Assembly: GCF_008065095.1 (NCBI RefSeq)
Contig: NZ_CP042911.1
Span: 2,040,001 to 2,072,000 of the forward strand
DNA from: Gemmata obscuriglobus
GTDB taxonomy: Bacteria; Planctomycetota; Planctomycetia; Gemmatales; Gemmataceae
Direction: 5' to 3'
Length of the DNA: 32,000 nt
Every line of letters starts with the position of its first letter. The first letter of the stretch is position 1. The notes under the pieces were generated by a model. It was given only the letters and a program-made list of their open reading frames with translations, did no database searches and had not been told where the DNA came from. Positions 8,657 through 17,757 of this stretch are shown piece after piece. The position numbers and the translations under genes are program-made.

Positions 8657-11600
8657 TCACTTCGGTAACGGCACTTGCTCTTTCGCCCTCAAGTACGCGA
8701 TCAGGTCGCGCACCTCGTCGGGCTTCATCTGGTCGAACAGCCCCTCGGGCATGATCGACACGTTCGTGGGTTTGCGCGTCACCACGTCCGCGACCGGGAC
8801 CGTGAGGGTGTCGTTGACGGTGCGCACGGTGACCGCGTCCTTCGTCTCGCGTAACACGATCCCGCTGACCACGCGGTCGTCGGCGAGGGTGAAGTTCACC
8901 AGCCGGTACTCGCTGGGCACGACCGCGCTCGGATCAAGGACGTTCTCCAGCACGTATTCGAGGCTAGCGCGCTGCGAGCCGGTCAATTCCGGCGCGACAG
9001 ACTGCCCTTCGCCGAACATCTTGTGACACGCCGCGCAGTGCTTGGTGAACATCACGCGGCCGTTCACCGGGTCGCCCTTTTTGAGGCTGTCCTCGGTGAG
9101 TACGCCCTTCCATTTCGTGACCAGCGCGGCCCGCTCCTTGGCGACCGGCGTGATCTTACCCCAGACCTTTTCGAGCCGCTCGGAGGTCGCTTTGTCGTTG
9201 AGCGCGAGTACCTGGCGTGCGGTCACCACCGGAACGTCCGCCCGAGGGATGTGGCCCTTCTCGACGGCGTCGAGAAGCTCCTTTGCGAAGCTCACGCGGG
9301 CCGCAAGCGTCTGGACGGCGTCCGCTTTTTCTCCCAGAGTGAACTTCGGGTACGCCTTGACGATGGCTGCGGGAGTTGCGGGATCGGGGAGTTGCGCCAG
9401 CGCGCGAATCGCGGTGCCGCGCAACGCCGGGTCGTCGAGGAGCGCGTGGAGCGTCTTGGCGAAGTCGGGGAGCTTGCGCGGCGCGAGCAACTCGACCGCG
9501 GCGCGGCGGTCGTCGGCCTTCGCGGTCGCGTCCGTGATGCGCGCCGCCAGTGCGGCGATGGCGTCCTTGTCGCCGAACATGACACTGAGTGCCTCGACGT
9601 TGCGCGGCACCTCACCCGCCGCGTGCTTCAATATTTGTTTGCGGGCCTCCGACCAGTTGGCCGGCAGCTTGACGTTCTGCCGACCCGCGAGCGCGTCGCG
9701 CATCGCCGCCAGCGTTTCGCGGGTCAGGTCAGGCGGGCTGACCACGGACAGAAGCGTGAGGGGTTGGTTGACGCTACTGAGCAGTTCGATGAGTCGAGAC
9801 ACCCCTCGGTTCATCTGGTCGTCCGGCCCACTCAACAGCAGCCGCACCGCGTTCCGCCAGATGAGCGGACTGTTGGTTTCGCACATCGTGCGGTGCGCTT
9901 CATCCGGAGCGCGAGCCAACTCATCAGCGACCCGATACCAGACCGCGAGCGCCAGTTGCGGGTTCGACTTTGCCGTCAGCTTTTCGGTCAGAACTTTGGC
10001 GCACCCCCGCGCACGCGGCCCGGCTTGAGCGACCGCCGCGGTGATGTGCAGGAGGGCGTGTTCTGAGGACTCCCGCTCCAGCGCCAGGAGGATCGGCAGC
10101 ATGTCGCTCGTGTCGCGCTTCCCGTCGTAAGTGAGGCCGCAGCGGAACCCCCACCCGCGGAGCGAAACGTCGGCGGCGGTGACAAGGGCGGACGCATCAC
10201 CCAGGGTAACTTGTTCTGTCGCCATGAGCGCCCACAGCGCCCGCAACCGCTTCGGAACCTCCTTCTCTTCTCTCAGCAACTTTCGCAGAGCGTCGGGCGT
10301 CTCCTTACCGAGTTTCCCGGCCGCGGCGCGCTCCTGGAGCACCCGGCGGGCCTTTCGCACGAACCAGTCGTTCGGGTGCAGTTGGAGCTTCACCAGTTCG
10401 GTGTCGGTCAGCTTCGCGATGTCGCCTTTAAACGGTTGGGCGCCCTTGTACACCACGCGGTAGATGCGGCCGTTGGTGGTGTCGGCCTTATCGTAGTTGT
10501 GGCACTCGCCGGTGTCGCACCAGTCGCTGACGTACAGCCCACCTTCCGGTCCGGTTTTCACGCAGATGCCGCGGAACCATGAGTCGTTCGCGAACAGGAA
10601 GTCCGGGCGCCGCACGCCCTTCATTCCGCTCTTGGTGCGTTCCAGGCCGTCGTTGTTGAGCCGGTTGCCGTGGATGTTCGCGGTGAACAGCGTGTTGCGG
10701 TACTCCTTCGGGAAGTTGTCCGCGAGGTAAATCGCCGCCCCACTGTGCGCGTGCCCGCCGCCGGCGTCGGAGTGCTCGGGCTTGCCGCCCACGCCGGTGG
10801 TGCGCGAGCTGGTCCAGTCGCCCCCGGCCCAGTGCTTGTAGTCCACGCAACTCCCCATCAGCCCGTAGGCGTGGGGGTTCGGGTCCTGGCCGTACATGCG
10901 CTGGTAGTGGCCGCCGGGGACGAAGTGAAACAGGTGGTCGATCACGCAGTTCGTGATGAACATCTCGCCGTGCTCGTCGAAGTCGAGGCCGAACGGGTTG
11001 GTGGTGCCGTGCGCGACCGCCTCGAACGCCTTCCGCGTGGGGTGATAGCGCCACACGCCGCAGTCGAGGTAGGTGCGCTTCTCTTTCGGCGTGCCCGGCG
11101 CGCCGACAAACGACTTCGCTTGAATGCCGTTGCAGCCGTAGAGCCAGCCGTCCGGCCCCCAGACGAGCGAGTTGAAGATGTTGTGCTTCGTGTCGACCAT
11201 GTTCCAGCCGTCGAGCTTCACCTCCGGCTTGCCGGGCTTGTCGCCGTCGAGAACGGGAACGAAGGTGAGGTTCGGGAGCGAGCACAGCCAGATGCCGCCG
11301 AACCCGTACTCGATGCCGGACAGGTTCACCCCGTTGTCGAGGAACACGGTCTTCTTGTCGTGAACGCCGTCGCCGTCGGTGTCTTCGAGGATCACGACGC
11401 GGTCGCTCCCCTTACCGTCCCGGCTCCACTTGGGGTAGCTCAGGCACTCAACTACCCACATCCGGCCGCGGTCGTCGAACGTGAACGCGATCGGTTGGAC
11501 GATGTCCGGTTCGCCCGCGAACAGCGTGGCCTTGAAGCCGTCGGGCAGGGTCATCTTGCCCGCGGCGTCCCGCGCCGGAACGGGCTTATCGGCGTCGGCC

Positions 11601-11662
11601 GCGGCGAGCCGCGGGCCGGCGGTGAAGGTCAGCAGGGCGAGGAGAAGTGCGAGTGTCCGCAT
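8657..11662 (-). CDS. PVC-type protein: membrane-bound-dehydrogenase-like beta-propeller domain, HEAT-like repeats and a C-terminal CxxCH heme-binding domain
   Basis: Signal peptide MRTLALLLALLTFTAGPRLAAA. FAGEPDIVQPIAFTFDDRGRMWVVE is an N-terminal dehydrogenase-like domain, followed by a long helical repeat middle. C-terminus FTKHCAACHKMFGEGQSVAPEL..IAYLR is a c-type heme site. This layout is typical of Planctomycetes and Verrucomicrobia. Start chosen at the ATG at 11662, not the ORF-track 11767. Confidence 0.85.
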   Translation of the reverse strand: MRTLALLLALLTFTAGPRLAAADADKPVPARDAAGKMTLPDGFKATLFAGEPDIVQPIAFTFDDRGRMWVVECLSYPKWSRDGKGSDRVVILEDTDGDGVHDKKTVFLDNGVNLSGIEYGFGGIWLCSLPNLTFVPVLDGDKPGKPEVKLDGWNMVDTKHNIFNSLVWGPDGWLYGCNGIQAKSFVGAPGTPKEKRTYLDCGVWRYHPTRKAFEAVAHGTTNPFGLDFDEHGEMFITNCVIDHLFHFVPGGHYQRMYGQDPNPHAYGLMGSCVDYKHWAGGDWTSSRTTGVGGKPEHSDAGGGHAHSGAAIYLADNFPKEYRNTLFTANIHGNRLNNDGLERTKSGMKGVRRPDFLFANDSWFRGICVKTGPEGGLYVSDWCDTGECHNYDKADTTNGRIYRVVYKGAQPFKGDIAKLTDTELVKLQLHPNDWFVRKARRVLQERAAAGKLGKETPDALRKLLREEKEVPKRLRALWALMATEQVTLGDASALVTAADVSLRGWGFRCGLTYDGKRDTSDMLPILLALERESSEHALLHITAAVAQAGPRARGCAKVLTEKLTAKSNPQLALAVWYRVADELARAPDEAHRTMCETNSPLIWRNAVRLLLSGPDDQMNRGVSRLIELLSSVNQPLTLLSVVSPPDLTRETLAAMRDALAGRQNVKLPANWSEARKQILKHAAGEVPRNVEALSVMFGDKDAIAALAARITDATAKADDRRAAVELLAPRKLPDFAKTLHALLDDPALRGTAIRALAQLPDPATPAAIVKAYPKFTLGEKADAVQTLAARVSFAKELLDAVEKGHIPRADVPVVTARQVLALNDKATSERLEKVWGKITPVAKERAALVTKWKGVLTEDSLKKGDPVNGRVMFTKHCAACHKMFGEGQSVAPELTGSQRASLEYVLENVLDPSAVVPSEYRLVNFTLADDRVVSGIVLRETKDAVTVRTVNDTLTVPVADVVTRKPTNVSIMPEGLFDQMKPDEVRDLIAYLRAKEQVPLPK

Positions 11663-11757
11663 GGTGGGTGTGAGCGGTGTTGGGGGAGGGCTGATTTCGG
11701 GATATGGTAACCGCAAGTGCGGCGGGAATCGAACCTCTATTCGTGGAACCTCACACC

Positions 11758-12612
11758 ATGCCCGCAACCCTCTCCGACGACGCCGTTCGCGAGTACCACG
11801 CCGACGGGTTCCACGTGGCCCGCGGGTTCTTCGACGCGGAGGAGATCGACCTCCTGAAGCGGTCCGCGAAGGAGGACAACGAACTCGACCGGCGCTCGTT
11901 CGGCCGGGCCGACGGCGAGGGCGGCGTGGTGCGGCTGTCGCTGTGGAACCACCCCGGCGACGGCATCTACGGGATGTTCGCCCGCTGCGAGCGGATGGTC
12001 CGGAGCTGCGAGAAGTTGCTCGGCGACGAGGCGTACCACTACCACTCGAAGATGATTCTGAAGGACGCGAAGGTGGGCGGCGCGTGGGCCTGGCACCAGG
12101 ACTACGGCTACTGGTACCAGAACGGCGTACTCACCCCGAACCTCGTGAGCGTGTTCATCGCGGTGGACCCGTGCACGCGGGAGAACGGGTGCCTTCAGGT
12201 GATCGGCCGCTCGCACCACGCGGGGCGGGTGAACCACATCCTCACCGGCGAGCAGGCCGGGGCCGACCGGGAGCGCGTCGAGGAACTGCTGAAGCGCCCC
12301 GACCAGTTCCCGCTGGTGTACGTGACGATGGAGCCCGGCGACGCGGTGTTCTTCCACTCGAACCTGCTGCACCGGAGCGACCAGAACCGCAGCGACCACC
12401 CGCGGTGGGCGATGATCTGCTGCTACAACGCGAAATCGAACGACCCCTACAAGGACTCGCACCACCCGCGGTACACGCCGCTGAGCGTGGTGCCCGACGC
12501 CGCCATCAAGCGGGCCGGGGTGAAGCGGTTCGCGGACAGCGGCGACGTGAAATGGCTGGAGGATGCGAGAGATTCGAGCGCCAAGTCCTTATTAGGAGAC
12601 CAGAACCGGTGA
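11758..12612 (+). CDS. phytanoyl-CoA dioxygenase (PhyH) family Fe(II)/2-oxoglutarate oxygenase
   Basis: YHADGFHVARGFFDAEEIDLL, the WHQDYGYW H-x-D facial triad, and FFHSNLLHRSDQNRS with the distal His. Start chosen at the ATG at 11758 (MPATLSDD). Confidence 0.85.
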   Translation: MPATLSDDAVREYHADGFHVARGFFDAEEIDLLKRSAKEDNELDRRSFGRADGEGGVVRLSLWNHPGDGIYGMFARCERMVRSCEKLLGDEAYHYHSKMILKDAKVGGAWAWHQDYGYWYQNGVLTPNLVSVFIAVDPCTRENGCLQVIGRSHHAGRVNHILTGEQAGADRERVEELLKRPDQFPLVYVTMEPGDAVFFHSNLLHRSDQNRSDHPRWAMICCYNAKSNDPYKDSHHPRYTPLSVVPDAAIKRAGVKRFADSGDVKWLEDARDSSAKSLLGDQNR

Positions 12613-12621
12613 GGGCTGCGG

Positions 12622-12993
12622 ATGAAACTCTTCGCCCGCCATCTGGCGCTGCTGGAACGTTACCGGGCCGAGCGGCAATGGTACGTTGAACGTGACGGTG
12701 TGCGCGTTGCTTACCTGCGTGGCGGCCGGCTGGTCGAGATGTTTTGGTACGAGTACGAAGTAGTGCCTTTGTCGGACGATTCGTCCGCGCGAGACCAGAT
12801 ACTCATACCGGCGTATTGGGACTTCGATTACCTCCCCGCTACGACTTTTTGGAGCGGAGTTTTCGGCCACCAAGCGGTTGCGTTTTGGTCGAGTTATGCA
12901 CACGGTAAACTCGTGATCCGCGGGCTGTACCACGGCGAGCCCGCGGGGGGGGATCGTGTCGTTTTGAGTTGGCTGATTCGGCTCGGGTACTGA
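12622..12993 (+). CDS. hypothetical protein, 123 aa
   Basis: The ORF starts 9 nt after the PhyH stop, and its composition is protein-like (Trp/Tyr-rich, no low complexity). I recognise no family. Confidence 0.45.
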   Translation: MKLFARHLALLERYRAERQWYVERDGVRVAYLRGGRLVEMFWYEYEVVPLSDDSSARDQILIPAYWDFDYLPATTFWSGVFGHQAVAFWSSYAHGKLVIRGLYHGEPAGGDRVVLSWLIRLGY

Positions 12994-13104
12994 TCTGCGC
13001 GATTGCGTACCAGGAGGTGCCACATGATGCCAGCCCCGCGCCGTCCGCCAACTATTGCCGAAGCGTTCTTTCGCACCGGGTTCGGATGCGCGTCGGTGTT
13101 CGTG

Positions 13105-13530
13105 ATGAAGATCCTGTTGGTGGTGACTGTAATCTTCGTGTCCGACTGCCGCAGCCGCGAACGGGCCGAGCGATTGGAGGCCGAGCGGGCCGCCGCGAGC
13201 GCGACCGCGAGCCGCGTTGCGGATGCGCTCGCGCGCGAAACCGATCCTGACGGCCGGTTCGTGCGCAAGCCCGAAGGCGAGCTACCAGACATCGACACGT
13301 GGGGACGGGTGTTTCGGCTCGCGTACCGCGCGGGGCACTTCAGTGACGGTCTGGAAGTACGGTCCGCCGGGCCGGACGGTCAGTGGGGCAACGATGACGA
13401 TGTCGTTGTTACGCGCGAGTCGAAGGTGAGCACCAAAGCCCTCACCCGCGACGCGGCAAGCGGGCTGCTCGACGCCGCGAAAAAGCGGCTGGGCGGGAGC
13501 GCGGCGGGGGCGAAGGGCGAAAAGAAGTGA
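13105..13530 (+). CDS. hypothetical membrane-anchored protein with a GspG-C-terminal-like SAGPDGxxGxDDD motif
   Basis: N-terminal hydrophobic segment MKILLVVTVIFV. The motif SAGPDGQWGNDDDVVV resembles the conserved C-terminal motif of type II secretion pseudopilin-like proteins. The start is uncertain (ORF track 13003; ATG at 13105 preferred). Confidence 0.5.
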   Translation: MKILLVVTVIFVSDCRSRERAERLEAERAAASATASRVADALARETDPDGRFVRKPEGELPDIDTWGRVFRLAYRAGHFSDGLEVRSAGPDGQWGNDDDVVVTRESKVSTKALTRDAASGLLDAAKKRLGGSAAGAKGEKK

Positions 13531-13545
13531 CTTGGGGTGCGCGCT

Positions 13546-13585
13546 TTGAGTGCGGTTCGCCCGCGGGTCAGCGGCCCGCACTCAA
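13546..13585. terminator. hairpin between convergent genes, a candidate bidirectional terminator
   Basis: ttgagtgcgg (13546-13555) pairs with ccgcactcaa (13576-13585). The GC-rich 20-nt loop contains the palindrome cccgcggg. There is no clear U-tract. Confidence 0.35.
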
Positions 13586-13611
13586 CACCAGAACTTCTTG
13601 GCCGCCCCGTT

Positions 13612-14832
13612 CTACGCGCTCCCGGCTTTGCGGTCGGGGTTCGCCAGGTACGCTTCGAGCAGCGCGAACTGCTTGCCGAAGTCGTGGTCGGACACCCCGA
13701 TCGGGCTCTTGAAGAAGCACGCGAGGTGCGGCATCGGGCCGCTCTCGCCGCGGCGCTGGGCCAGGGCGGTGAGCCGCACGAGATCGATCACCAGCGGCGC
13801 GGCCAGCAGCGAGTCGCACCCCTGCCAGGTGAACTGCAGCATCATCTTCGTTCCGAGGAAGCCCTCGAAGTGGACGTGGTCCCACGCGGTCTTCCAGTCG
13901 TCCAGCGACTCGATGTACTCGATGCTCACGTGCGACTGCGGCTTGTAGCCGAGCAGCTCGGCGAGCAGCCGGTCCTTGCTCGTCACCTTGCTCGACTTGT
14001 TGTCCGGGTCGTTGAGCACCAGCCCGTCGCGGTTGCCGAGGATGTTGTGCCCCACCCAACTGAGCACGCGAAGGTTGCGCCGCGCGAACATCGGGGCCAG
14101 CACGCTCTTGAGCAGCGTCTCGCCGGTCTTGAGGTCCTGCCCGGCGTGCGGCACCCCGCGCTTGCGGGCCAACTCTTCGAGCGCCGGGAGCGTCGCCCCG
14201 CGGCTCGGGGTCATGTTCACGTAGGGGAAGCCCGCGTCGAGCGCGGCGAACGCGTACACGCCGCTCGTGGGCAGGGACGCGGGCGCCCCGCGCTCGAGCG
14301 CCGGGAGCAACCGCTCCAGCGACTTCTGCTCGTCGGTCGGCTCGAACGGGGGTTCGGTCGACGCCGCGTTCACGACAACAAGCTGGTCGAGCTTGTGGGC
14401 CGCTTTGAACGCCCGCAGGTCGGCCTGGATGGTGTCGATGGCCTCGCGGGCGCTGCCGGCTCGGCGCATGTCCGGGCGGTCGGCGAGGGCGGTGACCGCG
14501 GCGTCGGGGCGGTACACCACCCCGGGCCGGAGGTTCGCCGACCACGTCTCCAGGTCGCCGGCGCAGGCCGCGAGGGTGCGCTCGTCGAACACGTTCGACC
14601 GCTCGTGCAGCTCGCGCGCGGCGGTGAGGAAGTTCCCCTTCCGGATGTCATGGCCGCCCACCACGAACGCGTCCGGGGCGTCGAAGTCGTGCCCCGCGAA
14701 TTGGGGGAGCGCCGTGACGAGCCCCGTGGGCGGGGTCTGCCCGCGGGCCAGCGCCGAGAGCCCGAGTGCGGTGGTGCTCGCGACCCCGCCGCAAGCACCG
14801 ATCAGCCACAGTCCGACACGCCGAGGGGCCAT
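13612..14832 (-). CDS. ino1: inositol-3-phosphate synthase (myo-inositol-1-phosphate synthase)
   Basis: GLWLIGACGGVASTTALG is Rossmann-like. NMTPSRGATLPALEELARKRGVPHAGQDLKTGETLLKSVLAPMF and FEGFLGTKMMLQFTWQGCDSLLAAPLVIDL closely follow the archaeal/bacterial MIPS sequence as I recall it. Confidence 0.85.
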   Translation of the reverse strand: MAPRRVGLWLIGACGGVASTTALGLSALARGQTPPTGLVTALPQFAGHDFDAPDAFVVGGHDIRKGNFLTAARELHERSNVFDERTLAACAGDLETWSANLRPGVVYRPDAAVTALADRPDMRRAGSAREAIDTIQADLRAFKAAHKLDQLVVVNAASTEPPFEPTDEQKSLERLLPALERGAPASLPTSGVYAFAALDAGFPYVNMTPSRGATLPALEELARKRGVPHAGQDLKTGETLLKSVLAPMFARRNLRVLSWVGHNILGNRDGLVLNDPDNKSSKVTSKDRLLAELLGYKPQSHVSIEYIESLDDWKTAWDHVHFEGFLGTKMMLQFTWQGCDSLLAAPLVIDLVRLTALAQRRGESGPMPHLACFFKSPIGVSDHDFGKQFALLEAYLANPDRKAGSA

Positions 14833-14984
14833 GAGAGTTAAACGTCCGTCGAGGGGGAGGCAGGCGGATAACGTATTCTACCAGAAATTGTCGATGCCGC
14901 GCGCGACCGAGTCAAGCACACGACGCACGCCGGAGGCAGAACGAGCCGGCACGCACCCGCTTTAACCGGGTGAGCAACTTTTGC

Positions 14985-16208
14985 TCACCTGTGCTCCTCC
15001 GGCTCACGCGCGAGTTCGCGCGCGGCGAGCCACCCCACCATACCCATCACCGGCACGCCGACTTGCACGATAACCGGGAGCCCGTGCCGGATTTGCACGG
15101 CCGTTAACGCCGACGTGGCGGTCAGGCCCGCCCACGCGAGGGCGAAGAGCGGGAGCCACACGTTCCGCGAGCCCGGGAGCCGTTCCCACAGCACCACCGC
15201 GGCGGCAACGAGGAGCGTCCACTCGTAGATCAGGGCGTGCGGCGACGCCCACAGTGAGAGGAGCACTGCGACCGGGAACATCACCGCGACCGGGCCGCCG
15301 CTTTTCCGTTTCACCCACCAGGCGGCACCGACGCCCGCAATCGCGCACGCGGCGGCTAGGGGCCAGTGCAGTTGAGGGTGCTCGGGCAGCAGCAGCGCGA
15401 AGAACCCCTTCGGGTTCACCACGTTCCACATGCCGAACCCGCTGAAGCCGGCGTTGGTGCGGAGCGTTTCGACGAACGCCCGCGACGCTTCGGGAACGAT
15501 GATCCACGACACCGCGGCCAGTAGGGCGCCGCTACAACCGACGCCGAGAACGCACTTCCAGTAGCGGCGCGGCTCGAGCCCCCACCACACGAACAGCCCG
15601 AGCAGCAACTGCGGCTTGAACCACAGGAGCCCCGCCACCAGCCCCGCGGCAAAGGTACGGTCGTTCGAGAGCAGTCGGTACACGCCGGCAAACGCCGCAA
15701 GACTGATAAACGTGTTCTGCCCGAAGCTGGCGGTCGCGAACACCGGGAAGAACGCCAGCGCCCACAGGAGAGCCCGGGCGGGGCGCTCCGGGCGCAGGAG
15801 GAGAACGGCGAGCGCGAGCAGCGAGAACCCGATCAGCGTCCAGACGGCGAAGCTCACGTAATACGAGAGCCCCGCGGTGGGCGTGTAGAGGAGCGCGTAG
15901 AAGGGCGGGTTGCGGTACGCCTCGAACGCGCGGTTCGGGCTGCCCCAGTCCCAGCCCACGAGTTGCTGCTGATAGCCCTCGGCGATCAATTCGGGGTAGC
16001 TGTAGATGCGCTGCGGCTGGCCGTCCCGGATCAGCTTCGCGGCGTGATAGAACGCGAGGTGGTCGGCCCCGATCAGTTGACCTTCGGAGTCCTTGTACCA
16101 CCCGCCTAGCGCGAGGCTGACCGCCCACACGACCCACGACGCCGCGCCCACGACCAGCCCGACCCACAGCTTCGGGCGGAGCCACTCGGCGGTCGCGGCA
16201 TACGTCAT
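14985..16208 (-). CDS. polytopic membrane glycosyltransferase, GT87/DUF2029-like
   Basis: About 10 predicted TM helices. The first loop, GADHLAFYHAAKLIRDGQPQRIYSY, matches the typical DUF2029 / alpha-1,2-mannosyltransferase-like signature region. Start chosen at the ATG at 16208 (MTYAATAEW). Confidence 0.7.
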   Translation of the reverse strand: MTYAATAEWLRPKLWVGLVVGAASWVVWAVSLALGGWYKDSEGQLIGADHLAFYHAAKLIRDGQPQRIYSYPELIAEGYQQQLVGWDWGSPNRAFEAYRNPPFYALLYTPTAGLSYYVSFAVWTLIGFSLLALAVLLLRPERPARALLWALAFFPVFATASFGQNTFISLAAFAGVYRLLSNDRTFAAGLVAGLLWFKPQLLLGLFVWWGLEPRRYWKCVLGVGCSGALLAAVSWIIVPEASRAFVETLRTNAGFSGFGMWNVVNPKGFFALLLPEHPQLHWPLAAACAIAGVGAAWWVKRKSGGPVAVMFPVAVLLSLWASPHALIYEWTLLVAAAVVLWERLPGSRNVWLPLFALAWAGLTATSALTAVQIRHGLPVIVQVGVPVMGMVGWLAARELAREPEEHR

Positions 16209-16289
16209 GGTGGTCTCGTATCGGATCGCGGTGATGCGTAACCGTGTCGTCGCCCTTGGCGGCACAGGGCGGGAGCCCTGTGCCGCCAG

Positions 16290-17384
16290 TCACCTGGAGA
16301 CGGCCGATTCCAGAACGGTCCGCACCAGCGGCTCGGGCACGTCGTCGAACAGCTTCACCTCTCCCAGGCGCGTGGGGAGGATGAACCGCATCTGTCCGCC
16401 CACGGCTTTCTTGTCGCGGCGCATCACGGCGATCAGGTCGTCGGCGGGCCACCGGGTCGGCGGGGCGGTCGGCAGCCCGAGCGCGTCGAGCAGCTTCGTT
16501 TGTCGGGAAACGAACTCGTCCCCGATCAGACCGAGCTTACGGGCCAGTTGGGCCGCGCACTCCATGCCGATGCTGACCGCTTCGCCGTGGAGAAGGGTGC
16601 CGTACCCGCCGCACGTCTCGAAGGCGTGCGCGAACGTGTGGCCGTAGTTGAGCACCGCCCGCAGGCCGGTGCGCTCGTACTCGTCCTGCTCCACGACATC
16701 GGCTTTGAGCCGACACGACCGCGTGACGACGCGGAGCAGCGCTCCCGGGTCGCGCGTGCGGACGGCGTGGGAGTTGGATTCGAGGTACGCGAAGAATGCG
16801 GCGTCGAGGATGACGCCGTATTTCACCACCTCGGCGAGCCCGCTGATGAACTCGCGCGCGGGCAGGGTGTTGAGGAACGCGAGGTCGATCCACACGCCGG
16901 CGGGCTGGTGGAACGAGCCGATGAGGTTTTTGCCCTTGGGGTGGTTAATGCCGGTTTTGCCGCCGACGCTCGAATCGACCATTGATAGGAGCGTGGTGGG
17001 CACCATCACGAGCGGCAGCCCGCGGTTGTACGTGGCGGCGGCGAACCCTGCGAGGTCGCCGATCACCCCGCCGCCGACCGCTACCACCGCGGTGCTGCGG
17101 TCCGCGGCGAGTTCGTAGAGGGCGTCGTACAGCCCCGCGAGCCGCTCCAGGCACTTCGACGCCTCGCCCGCGGGCACCACGGCGCTCCCGGCACGCAGGC
17201 CCGCTCTCGTAAGTGTGGCCTGAATCGATTCCGCGTGCGGCCAACTGTTGGAATCGCCCACCACGAGTACACTGGAAGTCTTCGGCAGCGCGGCCCGGAC
17301 GAACGCGCCGAGGTTGGCGGTGGCGCCGTGAGTGAGGGCGATGTCGTAGCTGCGCGACCCGAGGTTCACACGAACGGTTTCCAT
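16290..17384 (-). CDS. aroB: 3-dehydroquinate synthase
   Basis: VAVGGGVIGDLAGFAAATYNRGLPLVMVPTTLLSMVDSSVGGKTGINHPKGKNLIG, NYGHTFAHAFE and LHGEAVSIGM. The real start is METVRVNLG at 17384, or MRSMET at 17393. The ORF-track extension to 17945 is an artefact. Confidence 0.92.
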   Translation of the reverse strand: METVRVNLGSRSYDIALTHGATANLGAFVRAALPKTSSVLVVGDSNSWPHAESIQATLTRAGLRAGSAVVPAGEASKCLERLAGLYDALYELAADRSTAVVAVGGGVIGDLAGFAAATYNRGLPLVMVPTTLLSMVDSSVGGKTGINHPKGKNLIGSFHQPAGVWIDLAFLNTLPAREFISGLAEVVKYGVILDAAFFAYLESNSHAVRTRDPGALLRVVTRSCRLKADVVEQDEYERTGLRAVLNYGHTFAHAFETCGGYGTLLHGEAVSIGMECAAQLARKLGLIGDEFVSRQTKLLDALGLPTAPPTRWPADDLIAVMRRDKKAVGGQMRFILPTRLGEVKLFDDVPEPLVRTVLESAVSR

Positions 17385-17757
17385 GCTCCGCATTTCAGCG
17401 AGAACGCAGAGGTTTGCCAAGTGTCCGGCGGGCACGACGTTCGCGACACCGGCCGCCCCCTTCGTCGTGGCGAGCGTTCGCCCCCGTTGTCGGCACCGTT
17501 CCGGCCCTGGCGCGCGGAGCTTCCTGGGATCGTATGGGACGTTCCTCCGCGCTGGTCCCGATAAGACCGATGCGCTGCAACTACCTTGGGACCGGTCGCA
17601 GGCGCATAACGAACCCGGCACGATCCTGAGCCGTACCGGAACCGGTTGGGATTCCATGTTTGTGCCCAAGACACGGACGTAACCCGGCGGGGCGGGGCCG
17701 CGTTTCCGGAGCGACCCGCCGACCACAAGACCTTCCGCCCACGTGAGTTGAATCCTG

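Noticed and set aside
11706-11735. tRNA-like sequence on the minus strand (ggttcgattcccgccgcacttgcgg), considered as a tRNA gene or an integration scar.
   Set aside because: Only a T-loop/3'-half-like segment is present. The 5' T-stem partner (agagg) does not pair. The implied acceptor stem would start with A. The remaining tRNA body would have to overlap the PhyH start. It could be an old att remnant, but a chance match cannot be excluded and no tyrosine integrase is nearby.
14969-14989. Hairpin ggtgagca-acttt-tgctcacc overlapping the stop codon of the GT87 gene, considered as a terminator.
   Set aside because: No U-tract follows on the transcribed (minus) strand, and the downstream ino1 gene is co-oriented. 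It may be structural, but I cannot support a terminator call.
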